Source: the human T2T-CHM13v2.0 reference genome, Homo sapiens
DNA length: 64,000 nucleotides
Assembly: GCF_009914755.1 (NCBI RefSeq)
Contig: NC_060943.1
Reading direction: 5' to 3' (one strand)
Numbering within the stretch: position 1 is the first letter of the stretch; each line of letters begins with the position of its first letter. Under the pieces are notes generated by a model. The model was not told the DNA's origin, made no database searches, and saw only the letters and a list, made by a program, of their open reading frames with translations. Of the stretch, positions 38,200 through 62,195 are shown piece by piece. A program made the position numbers and the translations under genes.

Positions 38200-39420
38200 A
38201 TACAGGTAAAGAGAAGTTGTTGAGTTACAGCCTCTATCTAGCACAGCAATCTCCTCAAAACACAAGGTAGCCGCCCGGAGAGGCCACAGAGGAGATATCT
38301 AAGAGATATAACACTGGGGATGTTTGCAATTGGAAATTAAATGACATTTTAGAAATGTAGTTATCAATGTCAAGCCTTGATAGACATCAGTCTGAAACCT
38401 AATACATGTTTTATATATAATAAATTTAAACAGCTTAAATTCTCATCCATTCAAAATGGGAGAAAAACTAAGTAAATGTGATAAATGTATTGAGGTGTTT
38501 GGCTTTCAATCAATGCTTCCTGATACTCGAAAAGTCTTCACAGGGAAGGAACCAAATAAATGCAGAGTATGGAAAAAATGAAGCCATACACATATTATTG
38601 TGTGGTAAATATTTCCATTGAAAGTCAAATCTTTACACTCACCGAAGCATTTCCATAAGAGAAAAGATGTATATTAGAAATGTAAATGTTTTTATAGCAA
38701 TTGAAATCTTTACAGAGGTAGAGAAATCTGGTAACTGTTATTAGTGTAGTAGGGATTTAAGCTAAGTTCTTGTCTCATGGTAGTCATCCAGGTTCTTGAT
38801 GTTTTGAACAAAGAATTGGACAAAATGCACAAAGCAACAAAACAATGAAGCAACGGAAGCACAGATGTATTGAAATGAAAGTACACTCTACAGAGTGGGA
38901 GCAGGACCAAGCCTCAAAGAGTGCTGGTTACAGAATTTCCTGGGGTTTAAATACCCTCTAGAGGCTTCCCATTGGTTACTTGGTTACACCCTATGTAAAT
39001 GAAGGAGTGGCCCACAACCAGTCTGATTGGTTGCAGAAGACAGGACCAATCAGAGACTAAATGGTAGTTACCAAGTTACGCCCTATGCAAATATCTGATT
39101 GATTGCGGGAGGGGACCAATCAGAGGTACTTTCCATTTTTCATCTGCCACACAGTGCAAAGGTAGTAACCTCTGATCCTTTTGTTATTTGGGTGTGGAGA
39201 GACGGGGTTTTCCTTTTGATTCAGTTCTAAGAAGTCAGCGGGAATGGCCTTAGGTTCCCTGCCTCCAGACCTATTCTCCTGTCTCACCTCCATTTATCAC
39301 TAAAGAGTTCACAATACATGACCCTCCAGAAAAGAGACATGTGACATTAATATGTCAGACTCAACCAGTGTCTTCACACTGGAATGACTTTATTAGTGTG
39401 AAGCTGGAGTAACATTTTAT
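38200..39420 (+). pseudogene. Decayed C2H2 zinc-finger exon relic, interrupted by a MER51 LTR
   Basis: Hand translation: MGEKLSKCDKCIEVFGFQSMLPDTRKVFTGKEPNKC (from 38456), KPYT../CGKYFH*KSNLYTHRSISIREKMY, and EKSGNCY*CSRDLS. After the LTR: IYH*RVH and NQCLHTGM. An acceptor-like tttaattttcccatag ends at 38199. Confidence 0.7.
38771..39286 (-). mobile_element. MER51-type ERV1 solo LTR
   Basis: Minus strand begins TGAGACAGGAGAATAGGTCTGGAGGCAGGGAACCTAAGGCC and has several CCAAT boxes. The left boundary is approximate. Confidence 0.8.
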
Positions 39421-40247
39421 CATTAGCACAGAACGAGAAGCATTGCAGATGATAGAGCCTTTTTTGGTCACCAAGTGACGCAGCCAGTACACTGTTGACT
39501 AGCAGTGATGGTAGCAGGCCTTCTTGCCTTGGTCCTGATCTTAAAGGGAAAGATTTCGGTATTTCATCACTAAGTAAAAAATGTGTTGTTGGTTTTTTGA
39601 AACAGGGTCTCCCTCTGTCGCCTAGGTTGGAGTGCAATGGTGCCATCAGGGCTCACTGCAGCCTCTACCTCCTAGGCTCAAGTAGTTCTCCTGACTCAGC
39701 CTCCTGAGTAGCTGGGACAAGTACCACCACACCCAGCTAATTTTTAAAATTTTTTGTAGAGATGAGGTCTCACTATATTGCCCAGGCTGGTCTCAAACTC
39801 CTGGGCTCAAGTAATCCTCCTGCCTCAGCCTCCCGAAGTGCTGGGATTACAGGTGTGAGGCACCATGCCCATCAAAAAATGCGCTTAAATTTCTCCCTGG
39901 ATATCCTTTCTTAGAAGTTTCCTTGTATCTCTATTTTTCCAAGAGGCTTGATGATAATTGGATTTGAAATTCTATCATCTTTTCTGTATCTTTTGAGATG
40001 ATCCTGGGGTTCTTTCTAAATTAATACGTTAATGTGGGGAATCATATTAACTGATTTTTAAATAATAAGTCAAACTTGCATTTCTGGAATAAATATCTCA
40101 AGTTGGTCATAATCTAGTTGGCTAAAAATTAATAAAGTTGTTTCCTTAATGATTTAGATAAGAACTTTGCATCTACCTTCATGAATACAACTACCCCATA
40201 ATTTTCTTTTCTCATACTGTCTTTGAGAGATTTTGAAATCAAGGTGA

Positions 40248-40491
<244 letters not shown>

Positions 40492-41243
40492 TGATCCACC
40501 CATCTCCACCTCCTAAAGTGCTGGGATTACAGGTGATCATATTTTCATTAAAGAAGTCACTGTTTCTGCCTTTTTATTCTCTGGGAAAGTTTACTATGTA
40601 AGGTTGGAATTCTTCTTAACTTGAATGGGTTGGTAGAACTTTTCAATTAAATCATTTGGAACTGAAATTCTCTTTCTGGGTTGCTGTTTGCTGATAGTCA
40701 TTCCAAAAACTTCTATGCCAAAAAAGCCACACACTAGGTATCTTGGTTCATAGTTTACTCAGTGTAACACATAATAAATATCTCCCTGAAGCCAAGGAAG
40801 AGGCCACCTTCCACCCTTCAGGGAACAGCAGTGAGTTCAGGGAACAGTAATCTCTTTCTCAATTCCAGCTGGTCTTACCTATAGTTCTTGTGTGCCAGAT
40901 TCCCTTTTGTATGTTTTGTACCTTTGTGGATTTGATTACAAGTGGGGTCGCAATTGTGGATAGCCTGAAGATATGAGAAATGTCTATTGTGGGAAGGTAA
41001 TGAAGGAGAGTTGGTGACCAGCAGGACGAGAGCTTTAGCCATGGGGCTAATAAGACAGAGCCAAGTCAGCAGGGACATAAGATGTAAGAGGGCTCTGGTG
41101 CTCAGGTAGAACTGGATAAAGGATGGGTGAGCTGGAGTTAAACGTTCCATGTCATAACACCAGGAAAGCAATAAAAATGTTTTTATTGTGGCAAAATATA
41201 CATAATATAAAAAGTCACCATTTTAACCATTTTTAAAGCATAA

Positions 41244-41534
<291 letters not shown>

Positions 41535-41686
41535 TGATTCGCCTGCCTCAGCCTCCCAAAGTGCTGGGATTACAGGCGTGAGCCACCGCACCCGGCTGAA
41601 TTCACAGTGTTCTTTCATCACCACTATCTAGTTCCAGAATATTTAATCACCACTCCCCTAAAAAAAGAAATAAAAATAAAAGCCAC

Positions 41687-42057
41687 TGATAAGGTTTGGC
41701 TCTGTGTCCCTACCTAAATCGCATCTCAAATTGTAATCCCCATAATCCCCATGTGTTGAAGGAGGGACTTGATGGGAGGTGATTGGATCATAGGGGCAGT
41801 TTCCCCCATGCTGTTTTTGTGATAGTGAGTGAGTTCTCACCAGATCTGATGGTTTTATAAGTGTTTGACAGTTCCTCCTTCACACTCTCTCTCTCGCCTG
41901 CTGTCATGTAAGATGTGCTTGCTTCCCCTTCCGTCATGATTGTAAGTTTCCTGAGGCCTCCCTAGCCATGCGGAACTGAGTCAATTAAACATCCTTCCTT
42001 TATAAATTACACAGTCTCGGGCAGTTCTTTATAGCAGTGTGAAAACGAACTAATATA
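41687..42057 (+). mobile_element. THE1 (D-like) solo LTR within an L1MB 3' fragment
   Basis: Starts tgataaggtttggctctgtgtccc and ends ctttatagcagtgtgaaaacgaactaatata. Confidence 0.85.
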
Positions 42058-42782
42058 CCTACATATCTTCTAAGTTGCTTTCCATTCCTTACTTCCTCCA
42101 GCCATGGCAGCTACTAATCTGCTTTCTGTCTCTATGGATTTACCTGTTCTAGATACTTTCATACGAGATGAGCCCTTTTATGTCTGACTCCTTTCACTTA
42201 GCATAATGTTTTGAATATTCATCCATGCTGTAGCATACATCAATACTTTATTTCTTTTTCTAGCTGAATACTATTCCATTGTATGAATGTACCACATTTT
42301 GTTGATCCATCAGTAGATAGAAGTGCGTTGTTTCTACCTTTTCGCTATTGTGAATATTGCTGCCATAAACTTTGTGGACAAGTTTTTGTTTAAACACTCA
42401 TTTTCAATTCTTTTAGGTATATACTCAATATATACAAGTGGGCCAGGCATGGTGGCTCACACCTGTAATCTCAGCCCTTTGGAAGGCCAATGTGGGCAGA
42501 TCACTTGAGGCCAGGATTTCGAGACCAGCCTGGCCAACATGGTGAAACTCTGCTCTACTAAAAGTACAAAAATTAGCTGGGTGTGGTGGCGTGCACCTGT
42601 AATCCCAGCTACTTGGGAGGCTGAGGCATGAAAATCACTTAAATTCAAGAAGGGGAGGTTGCAGTAAGCCAAGATTGCACTCCAGCCTGGGCAACAGTGC
42701 AAGATTCTGTCTTAAAGAAAAAAAAGTCTTTAAAAAATAATATATAGCATATTTATATATATATACACACATACACACAAAG

Positions 42783-42789
<7 letters not shown>

Positions 42790-42822
<33 letters not shown>
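42790..42822. repeat. (TA)n microsatellite
   Basis: Pure TA run. Confidence 0.9.
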
Positions 42823-42825
<3 letters not shown>

Positions 42826-43006
42826 AATTCCTGAGTCATACAGTAATTTTATGTTTAATTTATTGAGTAACCACCAAACTTTTTTCCACAGCAGCTACAC
42901 CATTTACATTTCCATAAACAATGTATGATAGTTCCAATTTCGCTACATTCTCACTAGCACTTATTTTCCTTTAAAAAAAAAATTATTGGCCAGACACAGT
43001 GGCTCA

Positions 43007-43336
<330 letters not shown>

Positions 43337-43747
43337 CTACCCATTCTCTATCAACTGGTAAACAGATAAACAAATTGGAAGATGTCCAAAAAATGCAATA
43401 TTACTCAGAAAACAAAGAATAATTTACTGATATATGCAACAACATGAATGAATCTCAAAAGCACTGTTAAATACAAGAAGCTTTACATAAAAGACTACAT
43501 ACTGTATGATTCTATTTATATGAAATTCTAGAAAAAGTACAACTATTGTGGACAGGAAGCAGAACAGTGGCCCTCAGGGGCTGGGGCAGGGGATGGGGAG
43601 GGGCCGGACTGCAAAAGTGCAAGAGTGGCCGGGCGCCCTGGCTCATGCCTGTAATCCCAGCACTTTGGGAGGCTGAGGCGGGCGGATCACCTGAGGTGAG
43701 GAGTTGGAGACCAGCCTGGCCAACATGGAGAAACCCCATCTCTACTA

Positions 43748-44059
<312 letters not shown>

Positions 44060-44225
44060 CTACTCTGGAGGTGGGGAGAGAAGGTGCAGTGAGATGAGAT
44101 CATGCCATTGCACTCCAGCCTGAGCAACACAGCGAGACTCTTGTCTCAAAAAAAAAAAAAAAAAAAGGCATGAGGGAGCTTTCTGAGTTGATGGAAGTTC
44201 TGTATATCATGATTGTGTTGTGGTT

Positions 44226-45278
<1,053 letters not shown>

Positions 45279-45534
45279 GGTAATAATTACATGATTACAT
45301 GTATGTCAAAACTCATCAAATTGTACACTTAAAATTGATAAATTTTGTTGCATGCAAATTTTCCCTCAATAAAGCTGATTAAACAAAACAAAAACAGAAG
45401 CACCAAGATTCTAGAAAAATTGTGCCTCCAGCAGTAGTTTTTGAATCTTCCAAAATCCCCAAATAAAAATAGAGCAATCAGACAGCAAAACCAAAATCTT
45501 GTTGACAGCATTCAAACAAAACTACGTGAGATAA

Positions 45535-46254
<720 letters not shown>

Positions 46255-46490
46255 GGAAATGTCCCCATGAGCCCCCAAATATAAGCAGATGAGAACAATC
46301 ATAAACATCACAATACCTGCATGGTGGACCTGAGCATCTGTGAAGGAGGCAGCCAGGGGAAGTGATGGGGCATCTGAAATCATCTGAAAACAGAAGAGCC
46401 TCAAAACGAGTATTAACACACAGAGGGGGTTGGGTGCGGTAGCTCATGCCTGTAATCCCAGCACTTTGGGAGGCCAAGGCAGGCGGATCA

Positions 46491-46895
<405 letters not shown>

Positions 46896-46898
46896 CTA

Positions 46899-47218
<320 letters not shown>

Positions 47219-47353
47219 TTAAATGTAATTCCAGCACTTTAGGAGACAGAGGTGGGCCGATCACGAGGTCTGGAGTTTGAGACCACCCTGGCCAACATGG
47301 TGAAACCCCGTCTCTACTAAAAATACAAAAAGGCATGGTGGTATATGCCTTTA

Positions 47354-47533
<180 letters not shown>

Positions 47534-48591
47534 TCAAGCATGAAGTCCCTAAGAGTTGCAATTTAAAAGAGAGAGAGAATAAGGAACACAATAACATTCC
47601 TCCCGACAATAAAAGCGTATCAGAAAGCCATGCCCACAGGAGATCAGAATTGGAACTTGCTATTTCAGACTGAGCTAAAATTTCATTAACAAAATGATAC
47701 AAGATATGAAAGAACAAAATCAGTTAGAATCAGAAAATGCGGGAAATGAGGTAATAATTCAGAAAATAATTCAAATAAAAATCATTTCAGAAATGAAAAC
47801 TAAACTAAAAGGACCACCACAAAGAATAAACACAACAAATGTTTATGAGAAACTGAAGGTAAAAATGAGGAAAATTTCTTTTGTTTGGAGCAAACTCGTT
47901 AACTGAAAAATGAGGATAATTTCTTTTTTTTTTTTTTGAGATGGAGTTTTGCTCTTTCGCCCAGGCTGGAGTGCAGTGGCAGATCTCGGCTCACTGCAAC
48001 CTCTGCTTTCTGGTTTCAAGCGATTCTTCTGCTTCAGCCTCCTGAGTACTGGATTACAGGCGCCCACCACCACGCCCAGCTTATTTTTGTATTTTTAGTA
48101 GAGACGGGGTTTCACCATGTTGGCCAGGCTGGTCTTGAACTCCTGACCTCGTGATCCACCCGCCTCGGCCTCCCAAAGTGCTGGGATTACAGGTGTGAGC
48201 CACTGCGCCCGGCCAAAATGAGGATAATTTCTAAAATTGGATGGAAATGAAGAAAGTGACAAAACAAAAAAAAAAGACCTGAGAGAAAGAGACAAACATA
48301 GAAGACAGTTCAAGAAGATCAAATACATAAATAGAAGGTTCTAAAGAACCAAGCCAAAGCAAAAGAAAAGAACAAATACTAAAATGTTATAATTATAATA
48401 AAACATTTTCTGAAATAAAAAAGATGTGTATCACTAGTGAGAGGTATAAGTGACTTAAAAAGCAACAAAAATCAGGTTGTCATTTACCTTCTGACAGTTG
48501 TAAATAGTAAGTAGAAAATAGAGTAACAGGCCGGGTGCGGTGGCTCACTTTGGAGGCTGAGGTGGGCGGATCACTTGAGGTCAGGAGTTCA

Positions 48592-48795
<204 letters not shown>

Positions 48796-49137
48796 TTAAA
48801 GAAAAAAGAAAGAAAGAAAAAGAAAGAAAAGAAAATGGAGTAACATATTTTACATACTCAGTGCAAGAAAAGATATGGCAAATATTTTATATCCAGCATA
48901 GCAAAATCAAATACTTTTATCAACATATGAGTGTCAGGGACTCTTGCTGGTTAAAAGACTTAAAAGATATGTCAAGTAATAAAAAAGGGAAGGCAAAAGC
49001 ATTTAGGGATGTGCAAATGGATAATAATATTATAAAGGAACACAAGGAAGTGATCACTATAAAAGTTAGGAGAGGGATGGGATCAGTGGCTCACGCCTAT
49101 AATCCCAGCACTTTGGGAGGCCACGGCAAGTGGATCA

Positions 49138-49380
<243 letters not shown>

Positions 49381-49617
49381 TTAGGAGAGTGGAACTGGTT
49401 ACTTTTAAGGACAGGGAACACAGAGGAACTTCTAGATTATCTAGCAAAGTTCTATTTCTTGACCTGAGTTCTGGTTACACAGGTGTTTGTCTTGTAACAA
49501 TTCATTTGGCTATATTTTTATGTTATAGTTTTGTTTTTCTATATCTATGTTTTATTCTTACAATTTAAAAAGTTTAAAAACCCAAGTCTTAGGAATTGTC
49601 ACCTTTCCCCTCCCTCA

Positions 49618-50037
<420 letters not shown>

Positions 50038-50552
50038 TCAAAAGAATCGAATAAAACTTTCATATGTGAAAAGTACAATAATGAAAATTAAATATTGGCC
50101 AAATGCAGTGGCTCACACCTGTAATCCCAGTACTTTGGGTGGGAGGATTGCTTGATCCCTGGAGTTTGAGACCAGCCTAGGCAACATGGCAAGACCCTAT
50201 CTCTAAATAAAATATAATAAATGAAACTAAAATACAATAAAATAAAATTAGCTGGGCATGGTGGTGCATGCCTGCTACTCAGGAGGCTGGGGCGGAAGGT
50301 AGAGGCTGCAGTGAGCTATGATCACACCACTACACTCTGGCCTGGGTGACAGAGTGAGACCTCTTCTCAAAAAAAAAAAAAAAAAAAAAAGATATGTAGG
50401 ACAGAGTGAGAAGGTCAAACATATTTTTAGTTGGAGTTCCAATTAAACATCAATATTAGAAGAAACAATAGCTGGCTGGGTGTGGTGACTCACTCCTGTA
50501 ATCCCAGCACTTTGGGAGGCCGAGGCAGGTGGATCACAAGGTCAAGAGTTCA

Positions 50553-50798
<246 letters not shown>

Positions 50799-51429
50799 TC
50801 ATGAAAGTCCCTAAACCATTGACTCAAATCCCTTAACCTAGACCCATCATGGACAAACTGCAGAAAAACCAAAGATAATGAGAAAATCTTAGAGCAGCAA
50901 AAGTAAAAAGGATAAATTACCTTCAAAGTAGTCATTAGACTGACAGCTGACTTCTCATAGCAGTAATGAAAGTCAAGAATGAAACGATAGCTTCAATGTA
51001 CTGGAAAAAAAAAAGCCCAATGTAGAATTTCATCAATGGACATAGGGAAAATGATGTCAAATGGAAATATTGTTATGCAAGGAGGAATGGAAAGCAATAT
51101 AGGAATTATGGGGGCAAATGTGAATGAATATTGATTATAAAAAGCAATATATGTTGACTGGGCACGGTGGCTCACACCTGTAGTAGCACTTTCAGAGGCT
51201 GAAGCAGGAGGATTGCTTGAGCCCAGGAGTTCAAGACCAGCCTGGACAACATGGCGAAACCCCATCTCTACAAAATGTACAAAAATTAGCTGGTCATAGT
51301 GGCGCATGCCTGAGAAAGAGATAATAAAAATACAAGAGAACAATAATCCACATTGAAAGTAGGTGAATACATGTAGCTAGAGTAGCCTAAGTACTTTCTA
51401 TTGTCGTGGGAATGAATAAAGGTGTGAAC

Positions 51430-52579
<1,150 letters not shown>

Positions 52580-53157
52580 CAACTTTTTTATTTTAAGTTT
52601 TAATTTTTATGGGTACCTAGTAGGTGTACACATTTATGGGGTGCATGAGATATTCTGATACAGGTATGCAACGCATAATAATCACCAGGGTAAATGGAGT
52701 ATCTGTCACATCAAGCATTTGCTGTTTATGTTATAAACATCCCAATTATACCCTTTTATTTTTAAATGCACAATAAATTATTGTCGACTGTAATCACTGT
52801 GTTGTGCTTTTGACATAACTGTTTTAGACTTTGATGGATTTTGTTATGCATGGTATTTTCTAAGGTAATTCTTAAAGCATAGAAATAATATATAGAATTT
52901 CCAAGCTAGTAACCATAAACAACGACATGATTATTAAAGCTCCTGAAGAAAACAAGGAGGAAAAAAATATATATATATATGTATATATAATTGACAAGAT
53001 AAACAAAAGAACAAAGATAGATTTAAAACCAAATATATTAGTAATCACATCGAATAAAAGTGAATATAATACTTTACTTAAAAGACAAAGGTGGGGCCGG
53101 GCGCGGTGGCTCACGCCTGTAATGCAAGCACTTTGGGAGGCCAAGGCGGGTGGATCA

Positions 53158-53418
<261 letters not shown>

Positions 53419-53782
53419 TTAAAAGTTCAAGTATAGTCCGGGCGCGGTGGCTCACGCCTGTTATCCCAGCACTTTGGGAGGCCGAGGCAGGCGGATCATG
53501 AGGTTAGGAGATCGAGACCATCCTGGCTAACACGGTGAAACCCCATCTCTACTAAAAATACAAAAAAATTAGCCGGGCATGGTGGCGGGCGCCTGTAATC
53601 CCAGCTACTCGGGAGGCTGAGGCAGGAGAATGGCATGAACCGAACCCGGGAGGCAGAGTTTGCAGTGAGCCGAGATCGCGCCACTGCACTCCAGCCTGGG
53701 CCACAGAGCAAGACTCCGTCTCAAAAAAAAAAAAAAAAAAAAATTCAGGCATATTGTATTCTCAAAAGCCATCTTTACCTTA

Positions 53783-53992
<210 letters not shown>

Positions 53993-54055
53993 TCAGCTAC
54001 TCAGGAGGCTGAGGCACGAGAATTGCCTGAACGTGGGAGGCGGAGGCTGCAGTGA

Positions 54056-54436
<381 letters not shown>

Positions 54437-55359
54437 TAAAGTGCTGGGATTATAGGTGTGAGCCACCGCGCCCGGCCCAATAACAGAAACTTTAAGACAA
54501 AATGCATTGTGAGACATATCTTGCTTCAAAATCCTATAATGATCTTGTCTGAGGTAGTTACCCTGCAAGGGTGTTACTGTTTTTCTTGCTCCCCTTGTAA
54601 TATCCAGACCATAAAATGTAATAAAAACCTCAGCATTCTCTCAATGACCAATTATAAAATCAAACCCACATATCAAAAATATTGCCAGATTTTGAAACTT
54701 TATCTAAAAATAATATGGAGAATAGATGAAAGAGCACCTTCACCAGAGACACAACAGTGGTTACAAAAAAATGGAAAGTGAGAACATAATGCAGCTATTT
54801 GGTGCTCCTTGTGACCATGGGCAACAGATGAAAGGTTGGGGTGGGAGAGGTAAGGGAGAGTAGGTTGGTGTTTGCTGGGCTGATTGATCCTGGCTCTCAA
54901 GGGGGAAATAGGTTTGAACCTTCTAAATGTAACATGGATAGAATGCAAAGATTCCCCTGGGTCAACTCCTACCTCTGTCTTTTACAATAGAAAAAGTTAA
55001 TAGAAAACTATAGTAACTAATAATAATTCGGATCCTATGAAAGAAGATTCGAGTCACTTTAAAAACTTCCAATCACAGCTGGGTGTGGTGGCTGGCTCAT
55101 GCCTGTGGTCCCAGCTTTTGGGAGGCCAAGGCAAGAAGATCACAAGCCCAGGAGTTCAAGACGAGCCTGGGAAACATAGTGACACACTGGTGCTAAAAAA
55201 AATTAACTGGACATTGCAGCACATGCCTGTAGTCCCAGTCACTTGGCAGAGACTGAGGTAGGAAGATGGCTTGAGCCCAGGACATCAAGACTGCAGTGAC
55301 CCATGATCGTGCCCCTGCACTCCAGCCTGGGCAACAGAGCTACAACCCTGTCTGAAAAA

Positions 55360-55377
55360 CGAAAGAAAGAGAGAGAG

Positions 55378-55439
<62 letters not shown>

Positions 55440-55443
55440 ATGA

Positions 55444-55507
<64 letters not shown>

Positions 55508-55566
55508 GAGAAAGAGAAAGAAAGAAAGAAAAGGGGGGGAGGGACAGAGGGAGGGAAGAAAAGAAA
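55360..55566 (+). repeat. Compound (GA)n/(GAAA)n polypurine microsatellite derived from an Alu tail
   Basis: About 200 nt of almost pure A/G between two Alus. Confidence 0.92.
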
Positions 55567-55633
55567 GGCGGGCCAGGCAAGGTGGCTCATGCCTGTAATC
55601 CCAGCGCTTTGGAAGGCTGAGGCAGGCAGATCA

Positions 55634-55909
<276 letters not shown>

Positions 55910-56009
55910 TTATAGAAAAAAAGACTGGAGCATCTATCTGATTAACATACAGTTATATATTATTACTGATTACTTCTTTTTTACTCCCCTTTTTCCTTAA
56001 TGTAGCTTT

Positions 56010-58990
<2,981 letters not shown>

Positions 58991-60080
58991 GTGGTTTATT
59001 TCTGTAGTTTACACTTAAAAGTAAGATGACAGAATGTCTACACAGAATCCTCACAGATATAAAGTATAGATATTGCCCATCACATTTTCAGTTGAATGAA
59101 AATGGGATGGAAATAGGAATAGAAAATCTATTTTCTATAAAGTAGGAATAGAAAATCATAGCCTGTACTAGAGACCATGGAGAAATTAAGGGTCCAATGA
59201 AGGGAGGTAATATACACAGTTTTAACACATTTCACCAAGGCAATAAGTCATTTCTCTTATAACACACAAACAAGAGTAGGGCTAAAAATAGGAAGAAGAA
59301 AACAAAATCTCAAAAACTGGCTGTTCTGTAAAAAATGAGTAAAATATGGTTAAAAAAAAAAAGTGCTGCCCAATACCCACTCTCACCAGGTCTGTGGTCT
59401 GCATATGCAATAAGAAAATAAGATGGCCCAGGCGCAGTGGCTCATGCCTATAATCCCAGCACTTTGGGAGGCCAAGGCGGGTGGATCACAAGTTCAAGAG
59501 ATCGAGACCATCCTGGCCAACATGGTGAAACCCTGTCTCTACTAAAAATACAAAAATTAGCTGGGCGTGGTGGTGTGCACCTGTAGTCCCAGCTACTCAG
59601 GAGGCTGAGGCAGGAGAATCACTTGAACCCAGGAGGCAGAGGTTGCAGTGAGCCAAGATCGCGCCACGGCACTCCGGCCTGGCGACAGAGGGAGACTCCG
59701 TCTCAAATAAAATAAAATAAAATAGATATAAAAAATATTGTGAGATAGGTATGTCACCTTTATCTGCAGATTATATAACTATAGAGCCCAAAAGAATCTA
59801 TCACCTTATAAGCAGAACTCTAATAAATTTTCAGGTATTACTAGCATATTTTAAGTATTGTGAGACATCACAGTAGATGGTGTTATTATTAGATATTAGA
59901 GAGTCAAGAGGATGAAGAGTTATAAAAGAAACCTCAAGATGTGTTAATGAATTCCATTCAGTGTCAATTGTTTATTCATGTAGGATACTCTGCATTTAAA
60001 CTGAATGAAATTCAAAATATAATCCTAATGGGGTTTTCATTGGAAAATAAATGAGTCAAAAATTCTCATGAAGAAACATC

Positions 60081-60133
60081 TTTATTTCCAAATAATAAAC
60101 TATATATTAATAATATATACATACATCTTTATT
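60081..60133 (-). terminator. Duplicated AATAAA, candidate ZNF566 poly(A) signals
   Basis: Plus-strand tttatt at 60081-60086 and 60128-60133, inside a local duplication (acatctttatttccaa). Use as the ZNF566 3' end is inferred. Confidence 0.5.
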
Positions 60134-60602
60134 TCCAAGTAATAAAAGCTATTGAAAAGTGTCAAGGATTGCTAGAATATGGAGAACAGAAATAGATGTG
60201 AGCATTTAATATACAACTGATAGTATTTTAATTCAGTAGGAGAAAGGTGAATAATAGTTACTTCTGGCATAACTGGTTTTATTCCTGGATAGAAACAAGT
60301 CTGACATCCTGCATTAGATCGTATAATCAATTCCTGATGTATTAAAATATTAAATCTCTGTGTATACACACTCACAGAATCACATATATGAAAAACTGCA
60401 CTCCACTCCTTTATTCTCTTGCCCTCTGAAATCTTCCAGAAGCAAAACCTTCCTAGGAAACATAGAAAACACTGGAAATGACGCCGGGTGCGGTGGCTCA
60501 TGCCTATAATGCCAGCACTTTGGGAGGCCGAGGAGGGTGGATCACCTGAGGTCAGGAGTTCGAGACCAGCCTGACCAACATGGAAAAATGCCGTCTCTAC
60601 TA

Positions 60603-60761
<159 letters not shown>

Positions 60762-61892
60762 TCAAAACAAAACAAAGCAAAAACACTGGAAATGACTTGG
60801 GAAGCTTATTTTATAGAAATAAAACAGACAAGAATACAAAGTGTTTGTTGCAGCATTACTTTTAGATGGCAAAAAAGCGCAAACAATCCATAATATCACA
60901 ATTGGGAAAGTGGTTGAAAAGGCATTGGTAAATAACACTGTGGAACATACTGTAACCATCAGAAAGACTGTTAGATCATCATCTATTGAAGGAAAATCCA
61001 AAATGTACAGTTGAATGTAAAAAAGCAAATTTCAGGGAAATGTATAGTTATCCATTTTTCTGTAAAAACATAATAAAATAATTGTGTGTTAATGTTTTAG
61101 CATGAAGAAATATATGGGTAATATACACAACCTTTAAATATTATTCAGAAGAAAATTGACAGAGGGGAGGGAATGAGGAACGGAGAAGGGCAAAGATAAT
61201 CATTTTTTCTTTCTTTTTTTTTTTTTTTTTGAGACAGATTTTTTGAGACTCTGTCATGCAGGCTGGAGTGCAGTCAGGATCTCAGCTCACTGCAACCTCC
61301 GCCTCCCGGGTTCAAGCGATTCTCCTGCCTCAGCCTTCCGAGCAGCTGGGACTACAGGCACATGCCACCACGCCCAGCTAATTTTTGTATTTTTAGTAGA
61401 GATGGGGTTTCACTATATTGGCCAGGCTGCCCCCTGCCTTGGCCTCCCAAAGCACTGGGATTACAGGCGTAAGCCACTGTGCCCAGCCCCTTTTCTTTCT
61501 CTTTAATGGTATTGTTTCATTAATTTGGGTGCAAATGCACTATCTCTATAATTTTAGATGAAGAACTTTATAAAAGACATAAGCACACAAGAAAAGAAAG
61601 TAAACAAAATCTCATTTGGCAGTTTTCATTTTGATAACGCAAAACATTACAACAGTCCATTTTTAGTAATTCTCTCATTTGCAGGTATTTTTGCTCACTC
61701 TACTTTTCTCAAATTTATTATGAAATATTTTACTTCCTTATGCCAGTAAAGTAAAGTAACACAATGTTCAGAGAGACCCGTCTACACAGGATCTAAGAAA
61801 AAAGGAAGTGGGGCATAAAATAACAGTTCTACAGACATAAACTTCATCCTTCCACATATGCGATCTGTCCAGCGTGGGGAGCTGCTTGCTGA

Positions 61893-62195
<303 letters not shown>

